IMG/VR virus record: IMGVR_UViG_3300032226_000905
Location: 1-64,000 of that record
DNA: 64,000 bases
From: a virus
Lineage: Duplodnaviria > Caudoviricetes
Reading direction: 5' to 3' (one strand)
The notes under the pieces were generated by a model that was given only the letters and a program-made list of their open reading frames with translations, made no database searches and had not been told where the DNA came from. This document shows positions 38,058 to 48,764 of the stretch, in pieces. The number at the start of each line of letters is the position of its first letter. Position 1 is the first letter of the stretch. A program made the translations under genes and the position numbers.

Positions 38058-40115
38058 TTAGCCTTCTAGTTTAACAGCGGTTAATGTCACAGTGATCGTA
38101 GTAGTTCCACCGGACTTGTTAGTGACCGCTAGCTCTATGGCCGTGGTCGGTGATGACTCGTTGTTGAAACCTATCGCTCCTGGACTAATTAAAATTGTCT
38201 GCGCACCAGTGGTTATAACTTCAGCTATCACTCCAGATCCTGGTGTAGGATCTGTGCCTTCTGATCTTCCAGAATCAGCTGAACGGCTAGCAGCGTCGGT
38301 GTAAATCCTAACCCAAGCAGCTGCACTGGTCTGTATCTTATAAAGCATGTAACCTTTGTAACCTGTGATCTGTAGGTTACCTGTAGCGGCATTGGCTAGA
38401 CTAGCAGTAGTTCCTGCGAGTGCTGCTCTGCTGGCTAATAGACTTGTAGGTTTGTTATCTAAATCACCATAGTCTATGCCCTGTGTTCCACTGCTGAAAA
38501 TAATATCTCCACTGGTGCCACCACCTAGTGTTACCGGAGAGTTAGAAGCTCCTTGTATAAGAATAGTGCCAGATGTTGATATAACAATATTACCAGTGCT
38601 GTCATTGATGCTTAAACTTCCGTAGATATTTGAAGTGCTGCCTTTGATGGTAATACGACCTTCGTTGTCGCTGGTCGTAGTTATTCCAGCTGTGCCTAGA
38701 AATTCTATGACCTCTCCAGTGAATATGGGTCTCAGCGTCGAATCATCTGCAGCTACATAAAGCTCAAAGTCTCCTCCTCCACCTACACCTACACCTCCAC
38801 CACCGATAGAATTGATAGTAATAGATCCTGCAACAGGATTAGCATCTAGTGTAACATTAGTTCCTGCTATAAATGTTAGAGTTTGACCTGCCGGAATATC
38901 TACGATGGTGCTACCGGTATCTACAACAGCAAATGATAATCCTAGATTTTCTTCTGGAACTATGGCATTGATTGTGATACTGTCATTTGTAGGATTTGTA
39001 GTAAGAGTAACATTATTGCCTGCCACTAATACTAAAGTATCTGTGACATTATCTGCCTGTACAGCACCCTGACCAGCTACAGAAATATTTTGAAATCCAT
39101 ATCTAGTGTTTGTGATAGTTACGCCGCCAGTAGCTGCACTAACTGACATTCCGTCCCCAGCAGTCAATGATGTGACACCGGTATTGGTAAGATTTACAGA
39201 TCCAGTGGAATTACTCACGCTGATTCCTGTATTACCTGCCAGAGATGTAACTCCGGTATTGTTTATAGTCACAGACTTAGCAGTTGAGTTAGGTGTTAAA
39301 CTTATTCCGCTTCCTGTGCCAAAAACCAAAGTTGCTGAGCCAGTACCAGAATCAATGATTGTAGGATCTCCGCTGACTGTTACATATCGGAAAGTATTCT
39401 GAACGATATTTGGGGCAGAATTAGTTACGCGAACAGTATTAGCAACACTGGTATCTAAAGTAATTCCAGATCCAGGATCAGTAACAACACTGATGACGCC
39501 ACTGACAGCGATAGAATAGTTTGTTTTAGTTCCGGTAATTGTTATACCAGCCCCAGCACTAACATCGATAACTCCGGCGTTAGTAATTGATTTAGTGGTA
39601 GTTCCTAGTATACTAATACCAGCATTTCCTGCAGTAATATCAACAACACCGCTGTTAGTGATAGTCAATGTATCAGTAGTAGCATTTGTGGTCAATGTAA
39701 TACCTGCATTGCCTGAGGTAATAGTCAACACGTCGTTGCCGCCGGCATCAGCTACGATATTACTCTGCCCAGAAACCGCGATCTCTCTAAAATATTCGTT
39801 GTCTAGTACACTGCCACCTATTGTTGATCCTGCTGGAAGATTCAGAGCAGTTCCAGAAGCAGTGATCACAGCGTTACCTAGATAGAGACTTGAACCGCTG
39901 AGATAGAGATCTTTCCATCGTTTGGCTGCAGATCCTAGATCGTATTGCTCTGTGTATCTAGGAATTAGGTCAGTACCTAGATCAGTGAATTCAACTCCGG
40001 TGCCTCCTATGGCAGCATATATTTCATTGAAGTTGTCGTTGATATCGTTGAATGCTTGATCAACGGTGCTCCATATGATTGGAGGCGAGTTTGAACTGAT
40101 AGTTTTCTTTGCCAT
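38058..40115 (-). CDS. Repetitive tail-fibre/structural protein
   Basis: Tandem ITNxGV-x-x-x-AG-x-GI-type repeats; AFNDINDNFNEIY N-terminal motif. Confidence 0.65.
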   Translation of the reverse strand: MAKKTISSNSPPIIWSTVDQAFNDINDNFNEIYAAIGGTGVEFTDLGTDLIPRYTEQYDLGSAAKRWKDLYLSGSSLYLGNAVITASGTALNLPAGSTIGGSVLDNEYFREIAVSGQSNIVADAGGNDVLTITSGNAGITLTTNATTDTLTITNSGVVDITAGNAGISILGTTTKSITNAGVIDVSAGAGITITGTKTNYSIAVSGVISVVTDPGSGITLDTSVANTVRVTNSAPNIVQNTFRYVTVSGDPTIIDSGTGSATLVFGTGSGISLTPNSTAKSVTINNTGVTSLAGNTGISVSNSTGSVNLTNTGVTSLTAGDGMSVSAATGGVTITNTRYGFQNISVAGQGAVQADNVTDTLVLVAGNNVTLTTNPTNDSITINAIVPEENLGLSFAVVDTGSTIVDIPAGQTLTFIAGTNVTLDANPVAGSITINSIGGGGVGVGGGGDFELYVAADDSTLRPIFTGEVIEFLGTAGITTTSDNEGRITIKGSTSNIYGSLSINDSTGNIVISTSGTILIQGASNSPVTLGGGTSGDIIFSSGTQGIDYGDLDNKPTSLLASRAALAGTTASLANAATGNLQITGYKGYMLYKIQTSAAAWVRIYTDAASRSADSGRSEGTDPTPGSGVIAEVITTGAQTILISPGAIGFNNESSPTTAIELAVTNKSGGTTTITVTLTAVKLEG

Positions 40116-43100
40116 TATGCTCTTCCCACGGCAACTTCAATAGTGCCAATATGATCTGAATCGTAATTTTCTAATGCTTTACCTATAATAGTTCCTGCTC
40201 GAGCATCACCTCCTGCACTAACAGCAACACCGCTTATAGATGATGTAATTAATAAATCACCTTTGCTGATTTTTCCAACCACTCGACAGGGCACACGTCC
40301 TTGTAGAGCTATCAGTGTTTTGATTCCCGGACAATCTGTATTCATAACATAGGCAGCATTATCGCTGACAACGCCAGCTACTCTGTGATCGGCCTTGACA
40401 TTAGAACTGGTAATTTCTCGTTCACCGCCAAATACCACTACGGTTCCGACACTGTACTCCTTATCGCCCTCGTAGTATTCTGCTAGGTCAGCATAGGTTG
40501 CCTGCATCTTTGAACCTGAAGCTAAACTCCAGGTACCTGTGATAGTACCTGCTGTAGAAGTACCACCAGTAGTCAACGCCACAGTCTCTACAGATCCGCA
40601 GCGTATTGGAGCCAACACCTGAACTGTTCCTGGGTGAGTTCTGAATGTATGTACATCGTTATCATAGTAGGAAATCTTAGTTCCACCTGCAGTACCGTCA
40701 CCTAACAGCAGTGCTACCTGTCCGGAGAAGCCGTGTACCTGAGTATATCCACCTCCAGTGATAGTAGTGGTATCTAATATAATTTTAGTATCTACTATCA
40801 GTCTTTCTACAGAAACATATCTTGCACCAAAGTCTCCGTTGCTGTCTCGAACAACTAGTTTACTGTTATCACCAATACCGGTATAACTAGCAGTCATATC
40901 TACGATGGAATAATCAGTATCTGCGGTAGCAGCGAACCCGATACGTCTAAGGAAACCAGTTCCGCCAGCGTACTGAGATTTTTTCACAGCGCCGCCGTCA
41001 TTGACTACAGTAGTAAATGGTACAGCACTAACGTTGTTGGTTACTAATGTAGAATTACCTAGAACAGTTTTTGTTGCGATCTGTTCAATTTTACCTACTA
41101 CTATACCATTATTTTTTACACTGATCCAACCGTTGGTAGCATCAAACTGTGCAGAATCAAAACTGGCTAGTCCTAGATCAGCTTGTGCGATACCAGTAGC
41201 ATTAGCTCTGGTGCTTGCTGCGGTCATAGACAGTTTACTCTGTGCGATAGCTGCTGCTGCATTGACATCTGCGTTTATAATCGAGCCAGCATTGATCTGT
41301 GCATCAACAGTATTAGCAGTGCTGTCAATATTAAAACTGATGTCACCTACTACAGCAGAGTTCTGTGCGAAATTAGCAGCACCGGTAAAAGTTAAAATAT
41401 CAGCACTGCGAACATTTGAAAGGCTAATATCTTGGAAATTATTAAATGTTAGACTTCTTAGATTGATCGCATCTTCTGGATCGGTAGCATCTCCTAGATT
41501 GGTAATCTTAAAATCATCTAGGTTCATATTGGCCTTCATGGCCAATTGTCCGTCTAGGCTCATAAAACCGCCGGAGAATGATGGAATCAAACTTGGTTCG
41601 ATAATTGGAGCGCCGTTATGGCTAACTCCTAGTCGACGATCGAGATAAGTTCTTACAGCATTTTCAGTTGGTACAGTATCTGTGGCATTGTCTGAAAAAC
41701 TTGAATCTACAGAAAATTCAGATATCGGAACACCTCGTTTAAAACCAATACCATCTAGATTACTTAGAGCAATAGCCGCAGCAAATGTAACTGTACCAGT
41801 TCCTTGGTCAACTCGGAAGTATGGTCCTACACTAAAGTTACCAAACTGGTCAGTAGTCACATAGAAACATCTACCAACACCGCGTTCAACGACTTCATTT
41901 CCCGGATTATACGGATTTACCGGAGGTCCGAAAATTTCATTTGGATAGTTGGTATCGGCATAAGATCCGGTTCCAATGTCTAATAAATCATGTGCAGTAA
42001 CACGGACCAGCGCGATACGTATGGTCAGTGTACCTGGCTCGTCTTTGGGAACTGCTGATTTGAGTGTAGGCGGTGTTGAAAAATATACCACGCTATCAAG
42101 CAGTGCCGGAGAAACTGTCATCAATGCATAGGGCAATAGCGTTACTGTTTCATCTGAATACGCAGTGACTGTGTATTCACGACCTTTAAACACAAATTTA
42201 GTATTGAGGATCCGATCTTCCTCTTCGCCGCCGACTGGCACTACTGCAAAGGTACTGTCTCCAACACGTCCAATAACCTTGCCTACAGATTGAATACCAC
42301 TTTGTGTACCAGTGGTTTCAATTTCTACCGCAGGAACAGGCGAATTAGGCGCAGCATCATTGACTATTGTGAAGGTATTTGGGCTAAGAACTGTTTTGAC
42401 AAAATAATGTGATGTGGAATTGATTCCAGTCGGTAAAGTACCTGTGGTTTCAAATCTAATCACATCGTCGGCTAAGAATCCGTGACTGGTCAAAGTCACA
42501 ACGGCAGGATTAGCTATACTGATTGTACAAGTACTGGCAGAAGTCACAAAAGGTTGAGAAGGCCATACAGTAGCATCAACATAGTTGTAGGATTCTCTAA
42601 GAGTAGTTCTAGCCAATCCTTCTACAACATATTCGTGTGTGCCCGAGCCAGCGGTAGTAGTGGCTATTGCTGTTCCGGCCTTGGTTAGTGAGATACTGAA
42701 ACTATTAGCTGTAAATCCGTTAGCTAAAACAAAATATACATCTGTGGTGTTTATACCAGAAGGTAATGTTCCTGAGGTTTGGAAACTGACTTGATAATTT
42801 GGCTGTAGTCCATGCGAGGCTCTAGTTATAACTGCCGGGCTTCCGTTACTGATAGTACAGACACGGCCGCCTTCTGGATCATTGTAATCTTCAAACTGTA
42901 GGATACGATAGACATCGTTACTTTCTCGAAGTATCATACCGGTAGATGGTCGAACTGCAACATCTACGACATCGCCTGTCAGCACTGTCTGTGTTCCCTG
43001 TCTAATAGTTACTCGAGTATTGTCCGGTACCTGTAGAGCCAGACCGTCTACGCCTGCACCTTCTGCACTCTGTAGACTGAGCTTGGCTACACCTGGTGGA

Positions 43101-46100
43101 ATATCACCGCCAATTTCTGCAGTCGAGACTGGATATCTATATAGGCCACCTAGTCCGTGATCTATTTCGATCTCGGATAGGTTTAATGGAGCATAAGTCC
43201 AATTGTCGACATAGATGATCAGACCACCAGCAGTATTTTGATAAGGTGAACTAGGAAAATATACCTGCGCCACTTGACTTAGATCGTAGTATAATGTAAT
43301 TGGAGTAGGAACTTCTAGAGGGTCAGCACCTTCTGCTACCAAAGCATAATTTCCGTGTGCGCTAGAACCACCTACTGAACGTATCTGTCCACCATTGATC
43401 GCATAGTAAGAGATGTGGTTATAATATGTAAACATCGATACCGCTTCAGCTAAACCACCGTTTGTAACCACTACGCCATAACCTAAATCGTTGATCTGTG
43501 TAAAGTCATTGCTCAACATAGATCTATTACCAGGCATCAGTATTTCGTAGATATTGGCATTTGCATCTACAAAATCTATAGTGGCCTGTTGGATATCAGT
43601 CTTTTCAGCTAATAAAATTGTTCGGGCAGTTTTTAAAGATGAAGTATAGGCATAGGCATTTAGATCAGGTAAAACTTCTGCAGCAGCAGCAGAGACACCG
43701 TTGGTGATAATATCGCTGACTTCGTCTAGTAAATTTTGTATTAGAGTCTGAGCGGCACCGTCACTGGCTGAACCAGTAACCCGTGTTTCTGCGGTATAGG
43801 TTGTAACAGGTGCTGCATTGACGATTACCTGACGGGCTAGATAGTTAGCATAGTCAATACCATCGGCCGTTTCTGCTAGCTGACCTGAAGGAATCTGTAA
43901 CGATACTGCATCACCAACACCATTATAGTAGGCGATACCAGCATATCTAGTCGCACTGTTTCCGCCATAGACCAGATCATAAATCAGTGCCTCGATTATA
44001 TATTGTACATCTCTAGCACAAGTATTTGAATTAAAACTCAATGAAGGATAGGTAGCCTGAAGATACCCGACAGTTTCTGCTTTAATAAAATTGATATTAG
44101 ACTGTAATAACACTTTCGCATTTATGATGTTTGCAGCTAGGCCGGGAGGATTACTGTATAGTACTGCAGGAGCAAATGTGGTTCCGTTTCTGATAATGTT
44201 GTCTATGGTAGTTTGACTGGTTTCTACGGTAGACTGAGCACCAGCGTATAAACTCAGTGCGGCAAAAGCTAGATCGTGTGCATAACTGACGGCTCTAGCA
44301 GTTAGATCTAATTGTTCATCGATGACCACAGCTGCATTAGCCTGTCTATAAGTTAAACCTGCTCTACGGTGATTGAAGTTAGTTCCTAGAACAATATCGT
44401 ATCCTACTGAGTCAATAATAAGTCCTACATCTCGATAGCAGATGTCGTCATTATAGGCAAATACACTTCGTGTCCAAGGAGTAGCCTCATCTAGTATTAG
44501 AGATGCTGTTGATCCGTTGACGTTAAATGTGAAATCTCTAACATAGTTGATACGATACACCGTATCTTCGACGATAAAAGACGCAGGTAATTGAGGAAAT
44601 CTATCTAAGCTTCCAACTCTCAAGAAACTGTTATCGTCTACAGTACCGTTACCAGTAGGAACTACCAGTGTGTTATAGATAAACACTGTGCCTACATTAT
44701 TATCTATGGAGCCTAGGGCTATATAATTTGTAGATCCTACAGTTCTAATAGTATAACTTCTTCCTTTGATTATGTTTGTGACATTGATTATTTCTTTACT
44801 CAGCAGTTCAAATCGAATATTTCCAGTAAACCCGTCAATGAACATACCGCCATGAAACCCCTGTCTTCCAGAACTTTTGCTAAAAGATGCGCACTCCTGA
44901 GCATAAGGAGATTTGGCCAGTATCTGTCCTCGAGGATCTAGAACAGTAAAAAATCCTCCATGACCTTGAACAGTGATAGCCTGCCAACGCACAGCATCAT
45001 TGGCCAAGAACACATCCATCTGATCGTTATTTTTAGGAGTGTTCACGCTGCCATAACCAGGACCGCTTTCATCGATAACATCTATCAGAGCATTAGTCAG
45101 TGCACCTATGACTCCCCCGTCGTTGACAGCATAACCGCCCCCGGTGTAGATAGGTAAACCAGTGCCGTTTACAGGTTCAGTAAGTCCGCTGTCTGTATAA
45201 AGAGAAAAGCTAGTGGCATTGATAAAAGTAATATAGTAATCGTTACCGTTGAGCTGTGTAGTTCCGCCCAGTTCATCGATGATTATATTGTCTCCAGTAG
45301 ATAACCCATGGGGACTGCTAGTAGTAATGACTACAGGATTGGTTCGAGTCAATGCCGATATATTAAAACTAGTTCCGCCTACTCCGCTTTCAGCTATGTA
45401 GGCACCATCTATGATTTGAAGGAATGTATTTTGATAGATTTCAGTGATTTCGACATTTCTAATAACTAATTGTGCCAGAGTGGCCAATCTTCTAATACCC
45501 GCCTTGGTTTCATCGAGCTGACTTTGTATCGCTATCAATCCGCTGGCATTTTGATAATACTTCAGGGCAGCTGATATAGTTCTGTCTGATCCACCGTATT
45601 TTAAATCGAATATCATCGAATCTAAAATCAATCCGACATCTCTTTCACAGATATCTCTGTTATAGTTAAAGGCACCTACAAAAGGAGCGATGTTGTTTGA
45701 AATCTGATAATCAATCCATCCTATGACTTCTTTCTGTATGAATGATCTGTTTAGGAATAATAATTGTGCTGCGGCTCTGTAAGAACCTTTATTATTGATG
45801 ATTGGATAAACTGGATCTTCTGAATCTGTTAGATAGTGATATCCAAATAATCGATCTGCGATAGTTATCTGATCTAGGTTAGCTTCACCAACCGTGAGAT
45901 CTCTACGGAATTTATAAAAAGCCCAAGGACTAGAGCTCACACCAGGTCTTGGTCTAATAATAACTCTACGGAATTCATCACCTACTATAGATACGTTCTG
46001 TGGGACTTTTAATGGTAAATTTTCTTCGTAGATTCCACTTTCGACTAGAACTGTTATCTGTACAGGTTTAGCTACATCACCGTAGGATAGGACTTCGGGA

Positions 46101-47728
46101 TATCCTATATCTCCAGGTTCTAAAAATTTTCCGAATTTAATATCTACATCAAATATTTCTCGCCCGCTGCTGTCTAGAGATCCGCTGTGTGCTAGTATCT
46201 GAGCCAATGCTCCGGATGTCTCTCCTCTAAGAAACAGTCCTTCTCTAATGTCTCTTGTTCTAATGGCTTCCGGAGTTCCTGTAAGAACATCTCCTGTGAA
46301 ATCAGTACGTTGTCCTCCTGTTTCTACAAGAAATCTTGGCAGGCTAACTTCGATACCTGGTAGAGATGTAAATCCAGTTCCTTGATCAGTTACGGTAATA
46401 CTTTGTACAACTCCGCCCACAATATCAGCGGTACCGAATGCTCCTGTTCCGCCACCTCCAGTAATGCGTACAGATACTAAACCATAACCTGATCCACCAT
46501 TATCAATCTCTACATTATTGACTTTATAGGTTAGATTAAAGGTACAGCCGTCACCGAAATCACTGTCATCAGTGGTAGCCACATTAGTGCTGCCTGGCAG
46601 CGCAGTGTATACTCCAGAACTCAACTGTCTGAAAGTTACTACAGCTCCAGGTGTTGTAGCAGTTGAAAGCACCTGGTATCTAGCAGGCTCGATAAATGTT
46701 CCGCCGGTGATTGTTATGATGTCTCCTACATTATAGTTTACACCTGGTTGATTTATCGTGGCGGTATCAACACTCATCAATACGGTTCCGGCAAAATTAC
46801 TACCCGAACTCGGTGCTTCATCTATAAGATCAAGAGTACATTGATTAGCACCATTGTTATAGGTCAATACTTTCTTGTAAGGACCTAGTTCAATCCTGGA
46901 TTCTAATACTATTTCTTCTGCACGTTTTAGTGCTGCTTCTAGAGTTCTGTAGGCATAGGCTAGAGCACGACCCTGTATTTCTGGACTTATACCGTTTCTA
47001 GAATCTTCTCCAGAAGTAGCTACATATAAGTTTACTGAGCTGCCGAATGCTGAGTTATCTACATACCTTTTTGTAGCAGCTATAAGACCGTCGTATATTT
47101 CGTCATCGTCGGGTTCCGGATCTCTAGCCAAGATCAATGGCCCGGTCATTTGTCCAAAACTAGGATCAACATTGCCGGTTCTTGGATTGATTGCGTTAGT
47201 TCCTGCTTTTGAAACTTTAGTATCCGCATAGCCTTTGTTTACAGCTTCATCTTCGAGAGTAGGTAAGACGGGAGTAACTCCATCTTGTGCAAACATTCCT
47301 CGGATTTTATGTGTAATACCTCCAGATCTAACATTTAGATCTCCGCCTAGCTGAGGACTAGTATCTCCCACAACCTGAGCAAATTCTGAGCTAATAACTA
47401 TTTCGTTAGGATTGGTAGTAAAATCTAGGGCAATGCCCTCACCTTCTACTAGCTTTTTAAGCGTGACTCCTGATTCAAAATTGTTGAGAGTTACAAGAGG
47501 AGTATTACCAGTATCAGGATCGTTTTGACCAACGATAGTTTCGTCAGTCCATTTGAAATTTTCGTCTCTTTTTACATCATCAAGACCAAAAAAGGTTAGT
47601 CTTTCGCCGAGACCTAAAGAACTATAGAGTTCGCGGAAATTGTCGTTTACCTTGCGAAAGGAATCGCGTATACTGTCGCCGGTTCCATCGTTGCCAACGA
47701 CGCCTATATCAATGATTTTACGTGCCAT
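40115..47728 (-). CDS. Giant (2537 aa) virion/baseplate protein
   Basis: gp9/10-like N-terminus (IDIGVVGNDGTGDSIRDSFRKVNDNF), repeated small beta modules (NPVVIT...HGL), C-terminal YADLAEYY...GTVV...GRVPC module. Confidence 0.75.
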   Translation of the reverse strand: MARKIIDIGVVGNDGTGDSIRDSFRKVNDNFRELYSSLGLGERLTFFGLDDVKRDENFKWTDETIVGQNDPDTGNTPLVTLNNFESGVTLKKLVEGEGIALDFTTNPNEIVISSEFAQVVGDTSPQLGGDLNVRSGGITHKIRGMFAQDGVTPVLPTLEDEAVNKGYADTKVSKAGTNAINPRTGNVDPSFGQMTGPLILARDPEPDDDEIYDGLIAATKRYVDNSAFGSSVNLYVATSGEDSRNGISPEIQGRALAYAYRTLEAALKRAEEIVLESRIELGPYKKVLTYNNGANQCTLDLIDEAPSSGSNFAGTVLMSVDTATINQPGVNYNVGDIITITGGTFIEPARYQVLSTATTPGAVVTFRQLSSGVYTALPGSTNVATTDDSDFGDGCTFNLTYKVNNVEIDNGGSGYGLVSVRITGGGGTGAFGTADIVGGVVQSITVTDQGTGFTSLPGIEVSLPRFLVETGGQRTDFTGDVLTGTPEAIRTRDIREGLFLRGETSGALAQILAHSGSLDSSGREIFDVDIKFGKFLEPGDIGYPEVLSYGDVAKPVQITVLVESGIYEENLPLKVPQNVSIVGDEFRRVIIRPRPGVSSSPWAFYKFRRDLTVGEANLDQITIADRLFGYHYLTDSEDPVYPIINNKGSYRAAAQLLFLNRSFIQKEVIGWIDYQISNNIAPFVGAFNYNRDICERDVGLILDSMIFDLKYGGSDRTISAALKYYQNASGLIAIQSQLDETKAGIRRLATLAQLVIRNVEITEIYQNTFLQIIDGAYIAESGVGGTSFNISALTRTNPVVITTSSPHGLSTGDNIIIDELGGTTQLNGNDYYITFINATSFSLYTDSGLTEPVNGTGLPIYTGGGYAVNDGGVIGALTNALIDVIDESGPGYGSVNTPKNNDQMDVFLANDAVRWQAITVQGHGGFFTVLDPRGQILAKSPYAQECASFSKSSGRQGFHGGMFIDGFTGNIRFELLSKEIINVTNIIKGRSYTIRTVGSTNYIALGSIDNNVGTVFIYNTLVVPTGNGTVDDNSFLRVGSLDRFPQLPASFIVEDTVYRINYVRDFTFNVNGSTASLILDEATPWTRSVFAYNDDICYRDVGLIIDSVGYDIVLGTNFNHRRAGLTYRQANAAVVIDEQLDLTARAVSYAHDLAFAALSLYAGAQSTVETSQTTIDNIIRNGTTFAPAVLYSNPPGLAANIINAKVLLQSNINFIKAETVGYLQATYPSLSFNSNTCARDVQYIIEALIYDLVYGGNSATRYAGIAYYNGVGDAVSLQIPSGQLAETADGIDYANYLARQVIVNAAPVTTYTAETRVTGSASDGAAQTLIQNLLDEVSDIITNGVSAAAAEVLPDLNAYAYTSSLKTARTILLAEKTDIQQATIDFVDANANIYEILMPGNRSMLSNDFTQINDLGYGVVVTNGGLAEAVSMFTYYNHISYYAINGGQIRSVGGSSAHGNYALVAEGADPLEVPTPITLYYDLSQVAQVYFPSSPYQNTAGGLIIYVDNWTYAPLNLSEIEIDHGLGGLYRYPVSTAEIGGDIPPGVAKLSLQSAEGAGVDGLALQVPDNTRVTIRQGTQTVLTGDVVDVAVRPSTGMILRESNDVYRILQFEDYNDPEGGRVCTISNGSPAVITRASHGLQPNYQVSFQTSGTLPSGINTTDVYFVLANGFTANSFSISLTKAGTAIATTTAGSGTHEYVVEGLARTTLRESYNYVDATVWPSQPFVTSASTCTISIANPAVVTLTSHGFLADDVIRFETTGTLPTGINSTSHYFVKTVLSPNTFTIVNDAAPNSPVPAVEIETTGTQSGIQSVGKVIGRVGDSTFAVVPVGGEEEDRILNTKFVFKGREYTVTAYSDETVTLLPYALMTVSPALLDSVVYFSTPPTLKSAVPKDEPGTLTIRIALVRVTAHDLLDIGTGSYADTNYPNEIFGPPVNPYNPGNEVVERGVGRCFYVTTDQFGNFSVGPYFRVDQGTGTVTFAAAIALSNLDGIGFKRGVPISEFSVDSSFSDNATDTVPTENAVRTYLDRRLGVSHNGAPIIEPSLIPSFSGGFMSLDGQLAMKANMNLDDFKITNLGDATDPEDAINLRSLTFNNFQDISLSNVRSADILTFTGAANFAQNSAVVGDISFNIDSTANTVDAQINAGSIINADVNAAAAIAQSKLSMTAASTRANATGIAQADLGLASFDSAQFDATNGWISVKNNGIVVGKIEQIATKTVLGNSTLVTNNVSAVPFTTVVNDGGAVKKSQYAGGTGFLRRIGFAATADTDYSIVDMTASYTGIGDNSKLVVRDSNGDFGARYVSVERLIVDTKIILDTTTITGGGYTQVHGFSGQVALLLGDGTAGGTKISYYDNDVHTFRTHPGTVQVLAPIRCGSVETVALTTGGTSTAGTITGTWSLASGSKMQATYADLAEYYEGDKEYSVGTVVVFGGEREITSSNVKADHRVAGVVSDNAAYVMNTDCPGIKTLIALQGRVPCRVVGKISKGDLLITSSISGVAVSAGGDARAGTIIGKALENYDSDHIGTIEVAVGRA

Positions 47729-47752
47729 AATTTATCCTAGGATAGTACTGTC

Positions 47753-47796
47753 CTAGTATTTAGCCCAAAAAAACATAAGCCGGATGTAAATACTAG
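47753..47796. promoter_or_regulatory. Back-to-back late-type promoters
   Basis: Inverted pair of TAAATACTAG (47753-47762 minus, 47787-47796 plus) between divergent genes. Confidence 0.7.
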
Positions 47797-48084
47797 ATGT
47801 TTCTCAAGACTGAAATTATAATCACTGAACACGAAAGGCCTAGTAAACTAGGTCGTGTTTATAAATTTTTCAGAAAGAAAACAGAAGCAATATTCCGCTG
47901 TGACAGCTGCGATGAACTTTTTCGTAGAGATCTAAAACACATAGACAGAAAGCGTCTCAGCAATAATTATTTTCATTGCTGCGGTAACTGTGATGCTAAA
48001 AAGTTCGCTCAAAGAAAGGGCGTTGAGCGCAAGAAAATATGGGATATGCCTGCTAGCCTTGATTGGCCTGTAGGTAAGTATTAG
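47797..48084 (+). CDS. Hypothetical Zn-finger protein
   Basis: CDSC and CCGNC motifs. Confidence 0.65.
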   Translation: MFLKTEIIITEHERPSKLGRVYKFFRKKTEAIFRCDSCDELFRRDLKHIDRKRLSNNYFHCCGNCDAKKFAQRKGVERKKIWDMPASLDWPVGKY

Positions 48085-48407
48085 ATCCTAAACGATTCTC
48101 CACAACCGCAGCGATCCTTCTCTGCAGAGTTACGGAATTCAAATCCTTCATTGACACCCTGTTTTACATAATCTATTTCTAGATCTTTAAAATAAGCTAG
48201 ATGTTTTTGATTGATATACACACAGAAATCATCAAACAGTTTGGTATATCCGGGATCTAAATCAGAAATATCATCTAGATATTCTAAAGTATAAGCCAGT
48301 CCCGAACAGCCCGTGGTTTTGATTCCGATAGAAATTCCTTTGCCCCGACCTCGACGAGCTAGATGCTGTCGTATTTTTTCAGTCGCGGTGCTTGTTACGG
48401 TAATCAT
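48081..48407 (-). CDS. iscA: Fe-S cluster assembly protein IscA
   Basis: TTGCSGLAY and CGCGESF. Confidence 0.9.
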   Translation of the reverse strand: MITVTSTATEKIRQHLARRGRGKGISIGIKTTGCSGLAYTLEYLDDISDLDPGYTKLFDDFCVYINQKHLAYFKDLEIDYVKQGVNEGFEFRNSAEKDRCGCGESFRI

Positions 48408-48762
48408 CTATGGCAGCCTTTATAGAATCTTCAGCTAATATGCTACAGTGTATTTTGACCGGTGGTAGTGCTAGTTCTTCTGCGATCGCAGTATTTTTAA
48501 TTGACGCAGCTTCGTCAAGAGTTTTACCTTTAACCCATTCAGTAACCAGCGAACTGCTAGCGATCGCACTACCGCAACCGTAAGTTTTAAAACGAGCATC
48601 TTCAATAATACCATTTTCATTGACCTTGATCTGTAATTTGAGAACATCGCCGCATGCAGGAGCACCAACGAGTCCTGTGCCTACAGAGGGATCGTTCTTA
48701 TCAAAACTTCCAACGTTTCGAGGATGCTCGTAGTGATCGATGACTTTTTCGCTGTATGACAT
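48379..48762 (-). CDS. iscU: Fe-S scaffold IscU
   Basis: Start MSYSEKVIDHY (48762); GAPACGD, GCGSAIASSS, LPPVKIHC. Confidence 0.95.
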   Translation of the reverse strand: MSYSEKVIDHYEHPRNVGSFDKNDPSVGTGLVGAPACGDVLKLQIKVNENGIIEDARFKTYGCGSAIASSSLVTEWVKGKTLDEAASIKNTAIAEELALPPVKIHCSILAEDSIKAAIDDYRNKHRD

Positions 48763-48764
48763 GA

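Noticed and set aside
38058-40115. Repeats as a CRISPR array or DGR template/variable pair
   Set aside because: Repeats are degenerate in-frame protein repeats; no identical spaced repeats, no reverse transcriptase or cas genes in the window
41001-41648. 215-aa plus-strand ORF
   Set aside because: Antisense shadow of the 2537-aa gene; no SD, promoter or motifs
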